NCBI RefSeq assembly: GCF_001194135.2
Contig: NC_068985.1
Span: 48,471,836 to 48,506,652 of the forward strand
Source of the DNA: Octopus bimaculoides
Taxonomy: Eukaryota
DNA length: 34,817 nt
Direction: 5' to 3'
Numbering within the stretch: the first letter of the stretch is position 1; every line of letters starts with the position of its first letter. A program made the position numbers and the translations under genes. The notes beneath the pieces were generated by a model. That model was given only the letters and a program-made list of their open reading frames with translations, was not told where the DNA came from and ran no database searches. Positions 1 through 13,174 of the stretch are shown piece after piece.

Positions 1-345
1 AAAGAAATGGAAAAACTTTCAAAATACAAAGACCTGGAAATAGAGATAACTCGAATGTGGAATCTAAAAACCGAAACAATTCCTATCATAGTAGGTGCCT
101 TAGGTATAATAAAAAAATATTCAGACAAATACATAACAAAAACACCAGGACTTACAAATATATATAACATACAGAAAATTGCACTACTGGGTACTGCACA
201 CATTCTACGCAAAACACTTTCAATACAGTAAACATAAGAGCACCACAGAAAACCACAGCACATACCCAAGGCGCACAGAGCTGCGCTCGGTAGTGAAGTG
301 AAAGCCCGTTATAAAAATAAAACTACTGAACAATAATAATAATAA
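1..345 (+). mobile_element. 3' end of R4/Dong-type (RLE) non-LTR retrotransposon: ORF C-terminus (7-231), 3'UTR and (AAT)n tail
   Basis: EKLSKYKDLEIEITRMW...IPIIVGALG...LGTAHILRKTLS matches the EKxxKYxDL / GTAxILR C-terminus of restriction-like endonuclease ORFs. The 3'UTR has a GCGCA-CAGAGC-TGCGC hairpin and ends in AAT repeats (~332-345). Confidence 0.9.
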
Positions 346-552
346 ATAATTTGGACAAATAAGTATGAGTCGACTTAAATGTGTTTAAATGTGTCTTAAA
401 ATTTGAGTAGAGCATTAGCACAGTTTAGGCTACCTTTTGTTATCCGCAGTTGTGGTACACATCCGTTGGATCTACTTCAGGAACTTTGCAGTGGCAGTTA
501 GGGTAATAGTATTAATTAATAGGAGATGGGTTTTGTATTAGACCTTTATTAG

Positions 553-597
553 GTACAACACATGTTTCGACCCATCAATATGGGGCTTTTGAGGTAC
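553..597 (-). ncRNA. Decayed minimal type I hammerhead ribozyme
   Basis: Minus strand reads GTAC-CTCAAAA-GCCCCAT-ATTG-ATGGGTC-GAAA-CATGTG-TT-GTAC. Stems I and II and GAAA are present; the core has 2 mismatches to CUGAAGA. Confidence 0.5.
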
Positions 598-725
598 ATT
601 GACAAATATGTCTCACTGGAGAAACCTATTGTTGGCTGGTTTGTACTTATATGCCCGTCAGCTTGATGGCATATAACAACAAACCAGCCAACACTAAAAA
701 TCTCTAGTGAGACATTTTTATCAAT

Positions 726-759
726 GCACATGACTGATGGGTCGAAACATATGTTGTAC
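726..759 (+). ncRNA. Decayed hammerhead remnant (mirror copy, deletion in core/stem II)
   Basis: GCAC-ATGA-CTGATGGGTC-GAAA-CATATG-TT-GTAC, with a palindromic stem III (CATATG). Confidence 0.4.
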
Positions 760-794
760 CTAATGAAATCCATCTCCTATAAAGTAATTTTCTT

Positions 795-799
795 TGTGT

Positions 800-839
<40 letters not shown>

Positions 840-851
840 GTGTGTGTGTGT
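795..851. repeat. (TG)n microsatellite
   Basis: Seen directly. Confidence 0.95.
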
Positions 852-904
852 ATTTTCTTTTAAGTTTCAGTCCAACGACTGCGAGCATCCTGGGTCACCA
901 CCAT

Positions 905-2115
905 TTACTTTGCTACATTTTCATTAAACCTCTTCTTACGTTGCAAATGCACAACGTTTCCAGGGTTCTGTATTATCTGAGAGACTTTTGTATCATCTGC
1001 ATAGCTAGCAACAGTAGCTACTTGAGCAGCTGAAGGCATGTCAGAGACGGCCACTATGAATAGCAGTGGCCTCAGGATAGTGCCTTGTGTAACATCACTC
1101 ATATTTTGTGTTTCCTTCGAGGTCGCTCCATTGGCCACCACTACGTGACTTCTATCTTTTAGAAATTCATGTAACCATTCTCCAAGTTTTCAAATATGCC
1201 AAGATTTCGGAGCTTATGACAAATCATATTATGGTCGACTTTGTCAACTGCTTTTGCAAAGTCGAAGTATATCATGTCCGCATTTGTGTTCTTGAGCAGC
1301 TGCTTTAGCACCCAGCCATAATGTTGCAAGAGCTGTGTCAGGCAGCTTCTACCTGGTCGAAAACCATGCTGGGTGTCAGTCCGAAAATCATACTCTTCAA
1401 GGAATGCAATTAATTTCCTTCGAACTATTCGTTCGATGACTTTCCTTATGTGTGAGGTCAGAGAGATAGGTCTATAGTTTTTAGCATCTTCCTCCTTTAT
1501 GTATAGAGCATATTATTCCCGCCTTTAGTTTGTCTGAGAGCTTACCACTTGCGAGGAAGCTTTCAAAACAAATAATCGCAGCTGAGTTTGCATTTATGTT
1601 GTCTATTGCTAACATTACATCCTTTTCTTCGATGTTGATGTAATCAATTCTCACTGCCTTTCGTTCAGCTTCTGTAGCGGTAAAGAATTTGTCAGATTTG
1701 CTAACTTGCATGTGCTGTAGCGTTGGGGTGAAGACACTTTTGAACTGTTCATTTAGTGTTTCAGGTATCTTCATTGGGTTTCTTGTCAGAGAGCCATCTG
1801 TTTGGAGGAGTAGCCCTAGCCTGCAATGCACAAAGACTGTCTCCTTGGCGTACCTAAAGAAGGCTTTAGTGTCTGATTTTAAATTTCTTATGACCCAGGA
1901 TCATGTTTGATCTTTGCTTCTTATGGGAGTGATTCAGTTGTTTCTGAATCTCCAGCAGCGCTGTTCCCAGGCAGGTCGTCTCACTGTCATCGAGTTATTT
2001 GTTAAGTCGGTTTGCAACCTTTGTACGCCGTCTCATAAGAACTTTCCGTTCCCTGAAAATCTTGTCTTTATGTGCATTAATTCTTCTCCCTGGGACAAAA
2101 TCGTAGCACATGGCT
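905..2115 (-). pseudogene. CR1-clade LINE ORF2 fragment (EN-RT linker and reverse transcriptase), frameshifted
   Basis: Minus-strand translation across frameshifts gives ETLNEQFKSVFTP, NYRPISLTSHIRKVIERIV, QHGFRPGRSCLTQLL, DMIYFDFAKAVDKVDH, VTQGTILRPLLF and SYADDTK. Confidence 0.92.
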
Positions 2116-2119
2116 TGCA

Positions 2120-2350
2120 TTACAGACGTAGCTTTTTCATTCTCACCCAGCAGCACAGCTGTTCCATTGATGTAATCTTCTTGGCGTAGCACCACTGAAC
2201 TGCTGCTTCAAGTTCCGCTATTAATTTGACACTGAAAGGTGACCGCAACTGAGAGCAGTAGACCAGACACCTGATTATAAATGCCCTCCATAGAACCAGC
2301 ATAATTTCCTCGTCCCTTGTTCTGAAGGTTGTCAGAACCAACCCGGGCAT
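2120..2350 (-). pseudogene. CR1-clade post-RT C-terminal fragment
   Basis: LVLTTFRTRDEEIMLVLWRAFIIRCLVYCSQLRSP...IAELEAAVQWCYAKKITSME resembles the conserved LEYCSQLWSP / LExxQR region downstream of RT. Confidence 0.8.
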
Positions 2351-2360
2351 TACGCACGCA

Positions 2361-2391
<31 letters not shown>

Positions 2392-2397
2392 GCACGC

Positions 2398-2438
<41 letters not shown>

Positions 2439-2630
2439 CACATGTATTTACTATGTATTCGTATATATTTAGCATAGTGATGGCGATACCAATAACCTCG
2501 TTTAGCACACGTACACACGCATATACACAGACGTTCATCCGTACGTACATACACACACACACACACACACATGCATACATACATACATACATACATACAT
2601 ACATGCACACACACATACATACATACATAT
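2351..2630. repeat. Compound microsatellites (GCAC)n/(AC)n/(AT)n/(ATAC)n
   Basis: Seen directly. Confidence 0.9.
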
Positions 2631-3795
2631 TAACCGAACAGGTTTAGACAGAACTTAGAATAATATAACTGAATCAGCTGGTATCTCTGTTTAATGTCTA
2701 ACGTCGTTATTTCGTTTGATGAGCATTAAATCCACACAATGAGAATAAATTACTACTTAGACATTTACAAATCTATCTAAGTGAATTCATAACCAGTGTT
2801 TCGTGCTGCGTTGTCCAGTTATCAGGAAATTCTATTTGATTCAATATGACTCATGTAATGCCTAAAGGCCTCATACATCTGTTAAAAGTAATAACCATTA
2901 GAAGTTTTTAAGAGCTTGCTTTACTGCAGTAGATACACCGACACTCAGCTGTACGAGACACTGATTCCTGTGAATATGCAGCTAGTAGAGAGAGATTCTA
3001 CTTGGTATCTCTAAAAGCACAAAATATCAGTAAAGTATGACTCTTATCCGAAACCCACCGCCTTAAACAATGAAGATCATAAGAATTAATGTTGTCGTAG
3101 TTAGTCAATGGAAAAGAACCAGGGAAAGAGATTAGGTCAAGCAAGAAAGGCGGACAGAATAGAGGTAACGAGGGGAGATGAATGATCAGCAAGTTTGTTT
3201 GTTTCTTTTTTTGTTTTGTTTTTTGTTTTTTTTTGTAGAGGTGGAAGGATACTTCTAGTTCGGAGGAGAAGCCACTGAAGTTGGGGTAGAAATGTGAGGG
3301 ATGTATGCGTCTTTTTCAACTAAAATACCCTCCCGCTTCGTATGACAAGGGAGTGAAATGCAAGAGATTCCGCTCAATGTTTGAACAGAGCAATCATCTA
3401 CGTTGAGGAGTTCTCCATAACTTGACCTAAATATCATTGTTCATACATCAGGCAACCGTTACAGAATTGGTCAGAATAGATTGTAATACTTGTCCAACTC
3501 TCTGCGTTCTAAGTTCTAATTCCACATAAGACCAGATTGCCTTTCATCCTTTCGGGATCGTTAAAAATTACAAATCCAAGGCGAAGATTAGGCGAAACTG
3601 TTAGAGGTTCGTGTTAGATACATTCCAGTTTTTTTCCCCCAAGTCTTTGTGTTTTTCAGAACAAAGCCTACGACATTACTGGTATCAGGCTGTATCAGCG
3701 CCAAAACGTAGTCTTTCCTTGAGATATATATCAGCGACATGGACATCGGTGACTTGCATGCATAGGAAACTACCACTCTTGAAATATCTATTCAA

Positions 3796-4215
3796 GGCGC
3801 AGGAGTGGCTGTGTGGTAAGTAGCTTGCTTACCAACCACATAGTTCCGGGTTCAGTCCCAGTGCGTGGCATCTTGAGCAAGTGTCTTCTACTATAGCATC
3901 GGGCCGACCAAAGCCTTGTGAGTGGATTTGGTAGACGGAAACTGAAAGAAGCCCGTCGTATATATGTATATGCATATGTGTGTGTGTGTGTGTGTGTGTT
4001 TGTATGTCTGCGTTTGTCCCCCCAACATCGCTTGACAACCGATGATGGTGTGGTTACGTCCCCGTAACTTAGCAGTTCGGCAAAATATACCGATAGAATA
4101 AGTACTAGGCTTACAAAGAATAAGTCCTGGGGTCGATTTGCTCGACTAAAGGCGGTGCTCCAGCTTGGCCGCAGTCAAGTGACTGAAACAAGTAAAAGAG
4201 TAAGAGAGAGTAAAG
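3796..4215 (+). mobile_element. Near full-length tRNA-derived SINE, family 1 (octopus OK/OR-like), with internal (TA)/(TG) microsatellite
   Basis: A-box TGGCTGTGTGG (3806-3816), B-box GGGTTCAGTCCC (3848-3859), CORE-like CTTGAGCAAGTG motif, and 3' tail ending GACTGAAACAAGTAAAAGAG plus short repeats. Confidence 0.85.
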
Positions 4216-4649
4216 AGTAAGGCCTGCGCAAACATGCGTGGATGCATGGTCAGCCTTCATCGATACTTATACTATATTAAGGACACTCTATATTATGCGA
4301 AATGTCCTTTCTCTTTGTATGACAGTAAAGTTATATTTGCGATAGATTTATCCAACTTTTATAGTAGAGCAATCATCCAAGCAGAGGATCTCTCTATCTC
4401 TCTCCCTCTCTCTTTCTCTCTCTCTCTGTGCTGCCATATGCCGTCGTTAGTGGCTGATATTTCAACAAGGATGAGAACTTAATTGCATGTTCATTTCTCT
4501 CTTAGAGGATATCAGTTATTTACGACAGAAAATATCTATCAGTTGAGTTGCATATGAGCTCAATATATTCCAGTATAAATAATGTTTCGATTCGTATAAT
4601 TCGTATTTTTCCTTTTAGTTTTATTCTTTTGTGCGTGTGTGTGTGTGTG

Positions 4650-5147
4650 NNNNNNNNNNNNNNNNNNNNNNNNNNNNNNNNNNNNNNNNNNNNNNNNNNN
4701 NNNNNNNNNNNNNNNNNNNNNNNNNNNNNNNNNNNNNNNNNNNNNNNNNNNNNNNNNNNNNNNNNNNNNNNNNNNNNNNNNNNNNNNNNNNNNNNNNNNN
4801 NNNNNNNNNNNNNNNNNNNNNNNNNNNNNNNNNNNNNNNNNNNNNNNNNNNNNNNNNNNNNNNNNNNNNNNNNNNNNNNNNNNNNNNNNNNNNNNNNNNN
4901 NNNNNNNNNNNNNNNNNNNNNNNNNNNNNNNNNNNNNNNNNNNNNNNNNNNNNNNNNNNNNNNNNNNNNNNNNNNNNNNNNNNNNNNNNNNNNNNNNNNN
5001 NNNNNNNNNNNNNNNNNNNNNNNNNNNNNNNNNNNNNNNNNNNNNNNNNNNNNNNNNNNNNNNNNNNNNNNNNNNNNNNNNNNNNNNNNNNNNNNNNNNN
5101 NNNNNNNNNNNNNNNNNNNNNNNNNNNNNNNNNNNNNNNNNNNNNNN
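4650..5147. other. Assembly gap (others at 7410-7882, 10130-10776, 15824-15930, 23256-23265, 24082-24340, 29705-30076, 31606-31995)
   Basis: N runs, nearly all abutting microsatellites. Confidence 0.99.
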
Positions 5148-6312
5148 ATATATATATATATATATACTTTTATATATATGTATATGTGTGTGTACATGTG
5201 CATACTCAGATTTTTATTCGCATTGGAGCTATGTATGCCTAATAACGAATGGTGCTCAAATATTCACTAATGCTTGGAAATGTCACGACTTTAGTTTGTC
5301 CGGCAACTTTTCTTCAAAAAAAATTTAAACAATGCTAAGGAGATCATTAAATAACAGAGGATAGTTAAAAAAATGCATGTTGAACAAAATATACAAATGA
5401 AGTCCCTGAAAATACTACATTTCTATGAAATGATTAATAAATGTGTGATCAGTTTCGTGCCTGAAATGTCGTTGGTGTTCTATATTCCAATGTAGCACGC
5501 TTTTGTTGATAAAGCAATGTACAATGTACAAAGCCTTCTGCAAGAAAGACAGCCCCGGGACAAATATAGAAAATATTTGAACACAAATGAATAATCGTTG
5601 AACGTTCGTATCAAAACATCCGATGGATGCAAATGTAACGTGGTATAGATGCATGGGACAAAAAAGAGAAAAATGTCAGTCGTTCTGCAGATATAAACAT
5701 TTCTTTCAAATCACTGAGAAATTCAAATACATTTACAATTTCACCCATAAGCACGTGTTTGTTTATATTACTAAATATTTAAACTGTAAACTCGAAAATC
5801 TAGGCGATTCAAACAAAATAGTGCCCAGCTAGCATATACATTCATTTCAATCTGATATCAGAACTGTATAAGTATACGAGGTCTTTTTTTTTTAATAGAT
5901 AGACAACATTTCACCGTTTTCTTGTTTTCTCAGTTACAGAGTCGGGCTACTGTTTCTTTGTTGTAAAGAAATTACCTTTCATTGGAAGAAATCAAATACT
6001 TATTAAAAAATAAACACAGATACACAGGCGCGCGCACACACACATACACGAACTCACACACACACGCACACATACACACACACACTCAAAGTGTGGGTAT
6101 GTGTCTGTGATCGAAACCAAAAGAGAAACCTATTTTCTTCTTCATGATTTTGTGTTTAGACATCGACCCAAACAGTTATTAATATGAATGTTAAATCTCT
6201 TCGGGCGTGATAAGGACTTTTGCTGGTGTGGTACTGGTGCAAAATCCCGCACCGACAGACGTGTGATTTCACAATTTTGCAGGGCTATGAATGGCGTTAC
6301 GGAATGGGATGA

Positions 6313-6390
<78 letters not shown>
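6313..6390. repeat. (AT)n microsatellite
   Basis: Seen directly. Confidence 0.95.
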
Positions 6391-6393
<3 letters not shown>

Positions 6394-6539
6394 TATTTTG
6401 AGGTTAGTTATGATATGTTTGTGACACATTTCGACTTCTAAAGGCTGATCCACTTCAGTTACCGTAGTGACAAACATCTGTCTTTTGTTTCAACCGTGTG
6501 AAACCACCATAGCTTGTCCAGTGTTTCCCCTTATAGGAT

Positions 6540-6585
6540 TCTCAGACGGCCGTTTCGGGCTCTGTCGACTTTCTTGATGGAGACT
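6540..6585 (-). ncRNA. Decayed minimal type I hammerhead
   Basis: Minus strand reads TCTC-CATCAAGA-AAGTCGACAGAGCCC-GAAA-CGGCCG-TC-TGAGA. It has palindromic stem III and a GUC site, but the core and stem II are damaged. Confidence 0.5.
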
Positions 6586-7345
6586 ACCGCAGAGAGATAT
6601 AACCCTAGCCAAATTTAAATCCGTATCTTTAAATAAAACACAGTTACTCAACATCAGTTACTCAGTTGCGCTATTCGACCTCCTGGTCGGAAGAAGTATT
6701 ACAGCATCACTGCCAAGCAGTGATTAGGAAGAAACGAACTTTGGTTAGTTAAAATGTATTTGTGACATATTTTAAATTCTGAAGGCAAATTCATACAGGT
6801 TACTCTTGAGAAAGATGTCTCTCTTATGATAAATGTTGTAAAAGCACATATGTACGTATAGATACATATGTGTGTGCCTGTGTATGTGTATATTTATTTT
6901 ATATACAGATATGAAATGAGACAGCATAAGAGAGAAGGAATGTGGGATGAGAGATTCTCATGTACAATATTCTTTATGGTTACCTGTTTTGTTATTGACT
7001 TTGCAACTGGTTTTACTGTTAATTTGATGAATTGATTTAAATTTTACCTGACAAACAATTTGACGGGAGGCTTGTTGTTGAAAAATTATATACGTTCTGC
7101 CAATCAGCATGGTGTAAACACACCCATATAACGATGAAAATTTTAATTGTATTCTATATTTATTTCATAAGCTATGACTCACATCGGTATATCTGATGAA
7201 GTGAATGAACAAAAATGTCATTCCATAAGCCGCAAATATTGCATACAGGGCATAATGTATTTAATATGGAATAGATAACGTTCGTATACGGAAGCACCGA
7301 AATTTTTCATTAACATCGCTGTGATTGCCTTCCCTTCAATTATAC

Positions 7346-7409
<64 letters not shown>

Positions 7410-7965
7410 NNNNNNNNNNNNNNNNNNNNNNNNNNNNNNNNNNNNNNNNNNNNNNNNNNNNNNNNNNNNNNNNNNNNNNNNNNNNNNNNNNNNNNNNNNN
7501 NNNNNNNNNNNNNNNNNNNNNNNNNNNNNNNNNNNNNNNNNNNNNNNNNNNNNNNNNNNNNNNNNNNNNNNNNNNNNNNNNNNNNNNNNNNNNNNNNNNN
7601 NNNNNNNNNNNNNNNNNNNNNNNNNNNNNNNNNNNNNNNNNNNNNNNNNNNNNNNNNNNNNNNNNNNNNNNNNNNNNNNNNNNNNNNNNNNNNNNNNNNN
7701 NNNNNNNNNNNNNNNNNNNNNNNNNNNNNNNNNNNNNNNNNNNNNNNNNNNNNNNNNNNNNNNNNNNNNNNNNNNNNNNNNNNNNNNNNNNNNNNNNNNN
7801 NNNNNNNNNNNNNNNNNNNNNNNNNNNNNNNNNNNNNNNNNNNNNNNNNNNNNNNNNNNNNNNNNNNNNNNNNNNNNNNNNNTGTATGTGTGTATGTGAG
7901 TGTGTGTATACACACGTTAATACACTGCCTGCAACAAGATCTTTTCGGATCGCACGTTTCTATTT

Positions 7966-8011
<46 letters not shown>

Positions 8012-8174
8012 TGGAATCTCCCGTCCAAGCAAACCTATGAGTGTTCAGTTTTTGCACAAATGATCTGTTTATAGTGATCAAATATATGTGCTCTACATTT
8101 ACTCACTTTCTCCATCAATTCGACGATATCTGAATAGGTGTGTCGTGCATCAGGTGTCGAAGTGATGTCAAAGT

Positions 8175-8285
8175 AGTCTGAGATGTAGTGTTTTGCTTAA
8201 GAACACTACACACCACCTGGTCTAGGAATGGAAACTACGATCTTGCAATCTAGAGTGCAACGCCCTAACCGTAATGCCACGGGTC
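8175..8285 (-). mobile_element. SINE family 3, diverged tRNA head plus core
   Basis: Minus strand has an A-box-like TGGCATTACGGTTAG, a B-box-like GTTTCCATTCC, and TGTTCTTAAGCAAAACAC. It resembles 26445-26780. Confidence 0.65.
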
Positions 8286-8336
8286 TTCACTACTTATATA
8301 TCATGGAAAAGTGTATATGGGGTGCGTTTGTGTATG

Positions 8337-8375
<39 letters not shown>

Positions 8376-9405
8376 GATGGAGAGAGGGGGAAGAGAGAGA
8401 AACAGAGAGAAAAACAGGGAAGGGAGAAAGTGAGACAGCGAGTGAGTTTGACAAATATATATGTATGCATGTGCACCCGCCTTTGTGTGTATGTGTGCGT
8501 ATGTGTGTTTGTGTATGTGTGCTTGTGGGTGTGCGCTTGTGTGAGAATTTGTATAAATTAAAGTTCAATTCTTTCAGTTTGATATCTGAAAATGTGAACA
8601 AACTTTACATGTTACATACTTCCACCCAATCATTTTCTCCACGATTCTCTATCTTCACTTACGAATGTAGCCTTTTTATCTTTTTGTTGAGAGTCCATTA
8701 TCCATTGTCTTTCTTTTATGCTTTACTCTGGCATTTTCGAGAAAAACAATTTAAAAATTTCAAAAAACATACTTGCCATTTAGTAAACGCGTACAAAGAA
8801 ATGTTTTGTCTTAACTAAGTTTCTCCACTAGTCCCCGTTGTATTTTTTTCTTTTTTTCATTTCGCATTTATATACTCAACACTACTTCACAGTATGAAGG
8901 AAAAAAGTATATATTGTTTGTTAATAGAGGCAAAAATACTTATGGAAAAAAAAACTGTAAAAATCAAACAGCTACAACAACTTGAACTTTTGATCTCGCC
9001 ATTGGCATATTTGTCGTAGTTTCCATCGATGTGTTTGAAGTATTGTATTAAAAAAAAAACAACATAGCAAAACAATGGTTATATCTTCAAATAAACGATC
9101 ACAGAAAGATCTTCGCTGTTTGATTATTATGATAGCGCGATGGGTTTTTGGTTTGTTTTCTCTTGTGTTTTACCTTTTATCCTTTTCTTTTTATTTATTT
9201 ATTATTATTATCATTATTTTTTGTAAAGTTACTTGCTCACTATATTCTAGCCTTCATTTTTATGTATTATATATTATCGTTGTTATTTATCCCTTGTACT
9301 GTGTCTTTTGCACACAGAAACAACATACGTACACACGTATTCCTTAATACATCTGTACGAACGAGCGTTTGTGTGTATATGTGTGTATTTATGTGTATGT
9401 ATGTT

Positions 9406-9469
<64 letters not shown>

Positions 9470-10076
9470 GTATATATATACTTACATACATACATACATA
9501 CATATGTATACACACATATGAGTGCGTATGTGTGTGAGTATGGGCGCAAGTACTTCACACTCTACACTGGACTGACTGAAGAAGTCGTCTTTTCTAAGAA
9601 CAATGGTTCCTTCCTGTTAGAGGAAAGATCATTATTTTATACAATCACATAGCGAGGAGGAACAATCATAATGGAAAGAGAATGCGGATAGTGAGAGAAA
9701 AATTAAAATAAAAATCATCAAAAACAAAGAGGGAAGAATGATGGTTAGATTGGGAAAAAATGTGTTGTAGAATAAAAGCTATGAGAATGGACTGTATAAT
9801 TTGTCATCACCAAACTACAAATCAAGCTGGTTTATTGCAGACAAACGTTTGTCTTAATTGTAGCTTTTATACAAAAATCTGTGCCTGATTCAGTTATATT
9901 AATGTCAACATTGATCATTGCTATTCTTTATCTCTTACTGATTATCTTTATTCTTCTCTGCCATTGTGTTTTAAATTCTCACTCCTTTTTCATCGTCTTT
10001 TTCTTCGTCCTCTCCTTCATCCTCACCTTCATCTTCTTAGTTTACTTCCCATTTCACCTTCTTATTTTCTCTCTGC

Positions 10077-10129
<53 letters not shown>

Positions 10130-12499
10130 NNNNNNNNNNNNNNNNNNNNNNNNNNNNNNNNNNNNNNNNNNNNNNNNNNNNNNNNNNNNNNNNNNNNNNN
10201 NNNNNNNNNNNNNNNNNNNNNNNNNNNNNNNNNNNNNNNNNNNNNNNNNNNNNNNNNNNNNNNNNNNNNNNNNNNNNNNNNNNNNNNNNNNNNNNNNNNN
10301 NNNNNNNNNNNNNNNNNNNNNNNNNNNNNNNNNNNNNNNNNNNNNNNNNNNNNNNNNNNNNNNNNNNNNNNNNNNNNNNNNNNNNNNNNNNNNNNNNNNN
10401 NNNNNNNNNNNNNNNNNNNNNNNNNNNNNNNNNNNNNNNNNNNNNNNNNNNNNNNNNNNNNNNNNNNNNNNNNNNNNNNNNNNNNNNNNNNNNNNNNNNN
10501 NNNNNNNNNNNNNNNNNNNNNNNNNNNNNNNNNNNNNNNNNNNNNNNNNNNNNNNNNNNNNNNNNNNNNNNNNNNNNNNNNNNNNNNNNNNNNNNNNNNN
10601 NNNNNNNNNNNNNNNNNNNNNNNNNNNNNNNNNNNNNNNNNNNNNNNNNNNNNNNNNNNNNNNNNNNNNNNNNNNNNNNNNNNNNNNNNNNNNNNNNNNN
10701 NNNNNNNNNNNNNNNNNNNNNNNNNNNNNNNNNNNNNNNNNNNNNNNNNNNNNNNNNNNNNNNNNNNNNNNNNNNNTCTCTCTCTCTCTCTCTGGGTCAC
10801 TTTCTGGACATATACACAAAAGCGCAACACAGCGACCGGGCAGAACATATATATATTTTCTATAGACTACTTAAGCTCACACTCATAAATACCAACGTCG
10901 TCAAAAATATATATTATGTACGTGTATGTATATATATATATACATATATATATTTGAATGTAATATAATTGGGCCAATTTCTACAATGTCTGGTCCATAG
11001 ATTCATTGACTTATTTTTATTGGAGTGGTCGATATTTTCTTTTTCATTTCATCAAAGGTATGAACGGCTGAAATAAAGATGGATAAATTGTTATAGACAT
11101 TTCGCAATGCGACAATAGAGAGAAAATATGGCGAGGTCAGCAATACACCCAGTATTTATTTGTGACATAGTTTTATAGATATTGAGTTTGTTTTTGTTTT
11201 TTGTTTTTTTGTGTGACTGGCTTTACAACGTTTTAATTTTACTAGTTTTAATTTATATATCATTTATATTCTGTCATGTATATGTAATTTATGTTCTGTC
11301 ATCATTTGGGTGTTCATTTTTTATATTTGTGTTATTTTATAAAGAAGATATATAGGTTCATATTTGTGGGACATGCTACTCCTTTCTTAGTGAGTTTAAC
11401 AGGAGTTTTATTCATAAATTTCTTTTCTTGATTTGTTCAAATCGTTTTCAGGATGTCAGTTCTCCTGCTACGATATACACGTCATCATGTTTATAATCAG
11501 GATATGATTACTACTGCGCAGCTTCAATAGACGTAGATCGAGTATAAAATAAAAATAAAAACGGAAACGTAATAAACGGAAACCCATGGTTGTCAGATCA
11601 AAATCACCGTTCCTAATCTCGGACGGCAAACATGAGACGTTAGCAAACATGTTACTGGCACCACAATTTTGACTTTGGCTGAATCAATTCTTTTGCAAGC
11701 ATTCTCATCAGGTATCTGGTCTCTGGATAATCCTGTATTGTTATGTTTTCTTCTACAAATCTATCTAACACTAGAAAAGAACTTCCGTGCTTTCAACCTT
11801 ACCTATATAAGCCAGAAATTCAAAAGAAACGAATACTATATTTCCTTATGTATTCTTTTTAAAGACTGAAAGTTGCTATTTGAAAGATATTTTCTACATG
11901 ACAAACAGCCGTATAGAAGTGTTTGCACTCTCATAAATGTGACGATAAAATAAATACGTCGTCTCCAAAATTTATCGTATTCAAATATGACAAACAGGAA
12001 AGCAAACATTAATTGCACAGACACTCAGAGCAAAAAAAAAAAGTCATCTTGGCATACAAGTAATTATAGCTAAAATACTAGCATTAGCTTTACTGACGTA
12101 TACAGCCGAAAGAAATTGCTTGACACAAGCAGTTTCAATAAAATAATATGGGAGAAGTGTTATGAAGTGCCTTTTTTCTGAAAAAGTTATGATGGATATG
12201 TAAAGGAGGAAAGCAAAAGAAACAAAAGTGTGTTTATGCTGAATAGGGGAACCGTGGCTGATGTGTGGAACGATATTGTTTCCATCGGCCGTGTTAGAGA
12301 AAATAGAAGTGAGTTGCTTAGTCATTAAAACGTGAAAGGGATATAACGACATGCCGATTTCGGGCAGCGAATTTCTATCTACTCAGAAACCAATGACAGA
12401 GTATATAGGTAGACGGAATACAACGGTTTTGGGCCTAGGAAACTAATAGTCATCTTCAAATTTCGTTACTGTAACAGTACCGTTGTCAGTAGATATCTA

Positions 12500-12680
12500 G
12501 GTGACCGGTAATAAAGTCACAATTTTGGCTAGGAAAAAAGTCGCAATTAATTTATGGTGGCCGGTAATAAAGTCACAGAAAAAAAGTCACAATTAATTTA
12601 TGGGATCCGACGCACCCCCAGGACAAAACACACTCGGACAACACCTCACCCCCATCCCGCCTCCGGACAACATCCCCGTC
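12500..12680 (+). repeat. Two tandem ~50-bp units (GGTGRCCGGTAATAAAGTCACA...AAAAAAGTCRCAATTAATTTAT) followed by three GGACAA-C-rich units
   Basis: Units at 12500-12555 and 12556-12601 are seen directly. Confidence 0.75.
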
Positions 12681-12944
12681 ACTTTTTTACACGAGTTGTA
12701 TATTTATTAAAAGTGGTCATTATACAGATATACAAGTCCGGATGAATTCCGAATGCTTTGGAGTTATGTTGAAAAGCAGCGGTTTGAATTTTAGTAGGTC
12801 TGTAGGAACACGTGTTCAATGCGAGCAGCTTGCTAGTTCTTCTGTTCTCTAACTCGATCATTGTCCAGTTTTGAAATGGAGTAGAGAATCTTACTACTGG
12901 TATAGCACATGCATTTATTGCCTCAGTAATATAGCCTCTACAAT

Positions 12945-13162
12945 GCGGCGAGCTGGTAGGATAGTTAGAACGTTGGGGAAAATGCTTGGCGTCATTTCGT
13001 CCGTTTTTAAGCTATGAGTTCAAATTCCGCCGACATCAATGTTGCCTTTCATCTCATTCGGAGTTGATAAAATAAGCTCCAGATGGGTAGTGTGGTCGAT
13101 GCAATCGATTGACCCACTCTCCCGAAATTACGAGCCTTGTGCCACAATTTGAAACCAATAAT
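12945..13162 (+). mobile_element. tRNA-derived SINE family 2
   Basis: GCGGCGAGCTGG head, B-box GAGTTCAAATTCC (13016-13028), TTGCCTTTCATC core and GGTCGAT..TCGA tail. Many other copies occur in the window. Confidence 0.85.
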
Positions 13163-13174
13163 ATACTCTCTATT

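Larger units (their letters stand above)
519..780. mobile_element. Foldback element (~130-bp imperfect arms, ~12-nt loop) with a decayed hammerhead in each arm
   Basis: ATAGGAGATGG..TTAGGTACAACACATGTTTCGACCCATCA (519-577) is inverted at 734-780. GTCTCACTGGAG pairs with CTCTAGTGAGAC. TGTTGGCTGGTTTGT..TTATATGCC pairs with GGCATATAA..ACAAACCAGCCAACA. Confidence 0.8.

Noticed and set aside
3255-3437. 60-aa minus-strand ORF with protein-like composition as a host exon
   Set aside because: It is short, has weak splice signals and no recognisable family, so it cannot be supported without a search.
3806-3860. tRNA gene (also at ~13016 and ~26732)
   Set aside because: The A/B boxes run into SINE cores with no cloverleaf or acceptor stem; these are SINE heads.
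5415-5832. 79-aa and 69-aa ORFs as host exons
   Set aside because: No motif or convincing splice sites; within chance expectation.
6421-6465. Possible second hammerhead on minus strand (CTGAAGT..CGAAATGTGTC)
   Set aside because: The core is mismatched, stem II does not pair and stem I needs an 11-nt insertion; too degenerate to call.
7193-7199. CTGANGA motifs here and at ~9576, ~13634(-), ~16781(-), ~20285, ~23457(-), ~32299 and ~32433
   Set aside because: No correctly placed GAAA, stem II or stem I, so they are not hammerheads.
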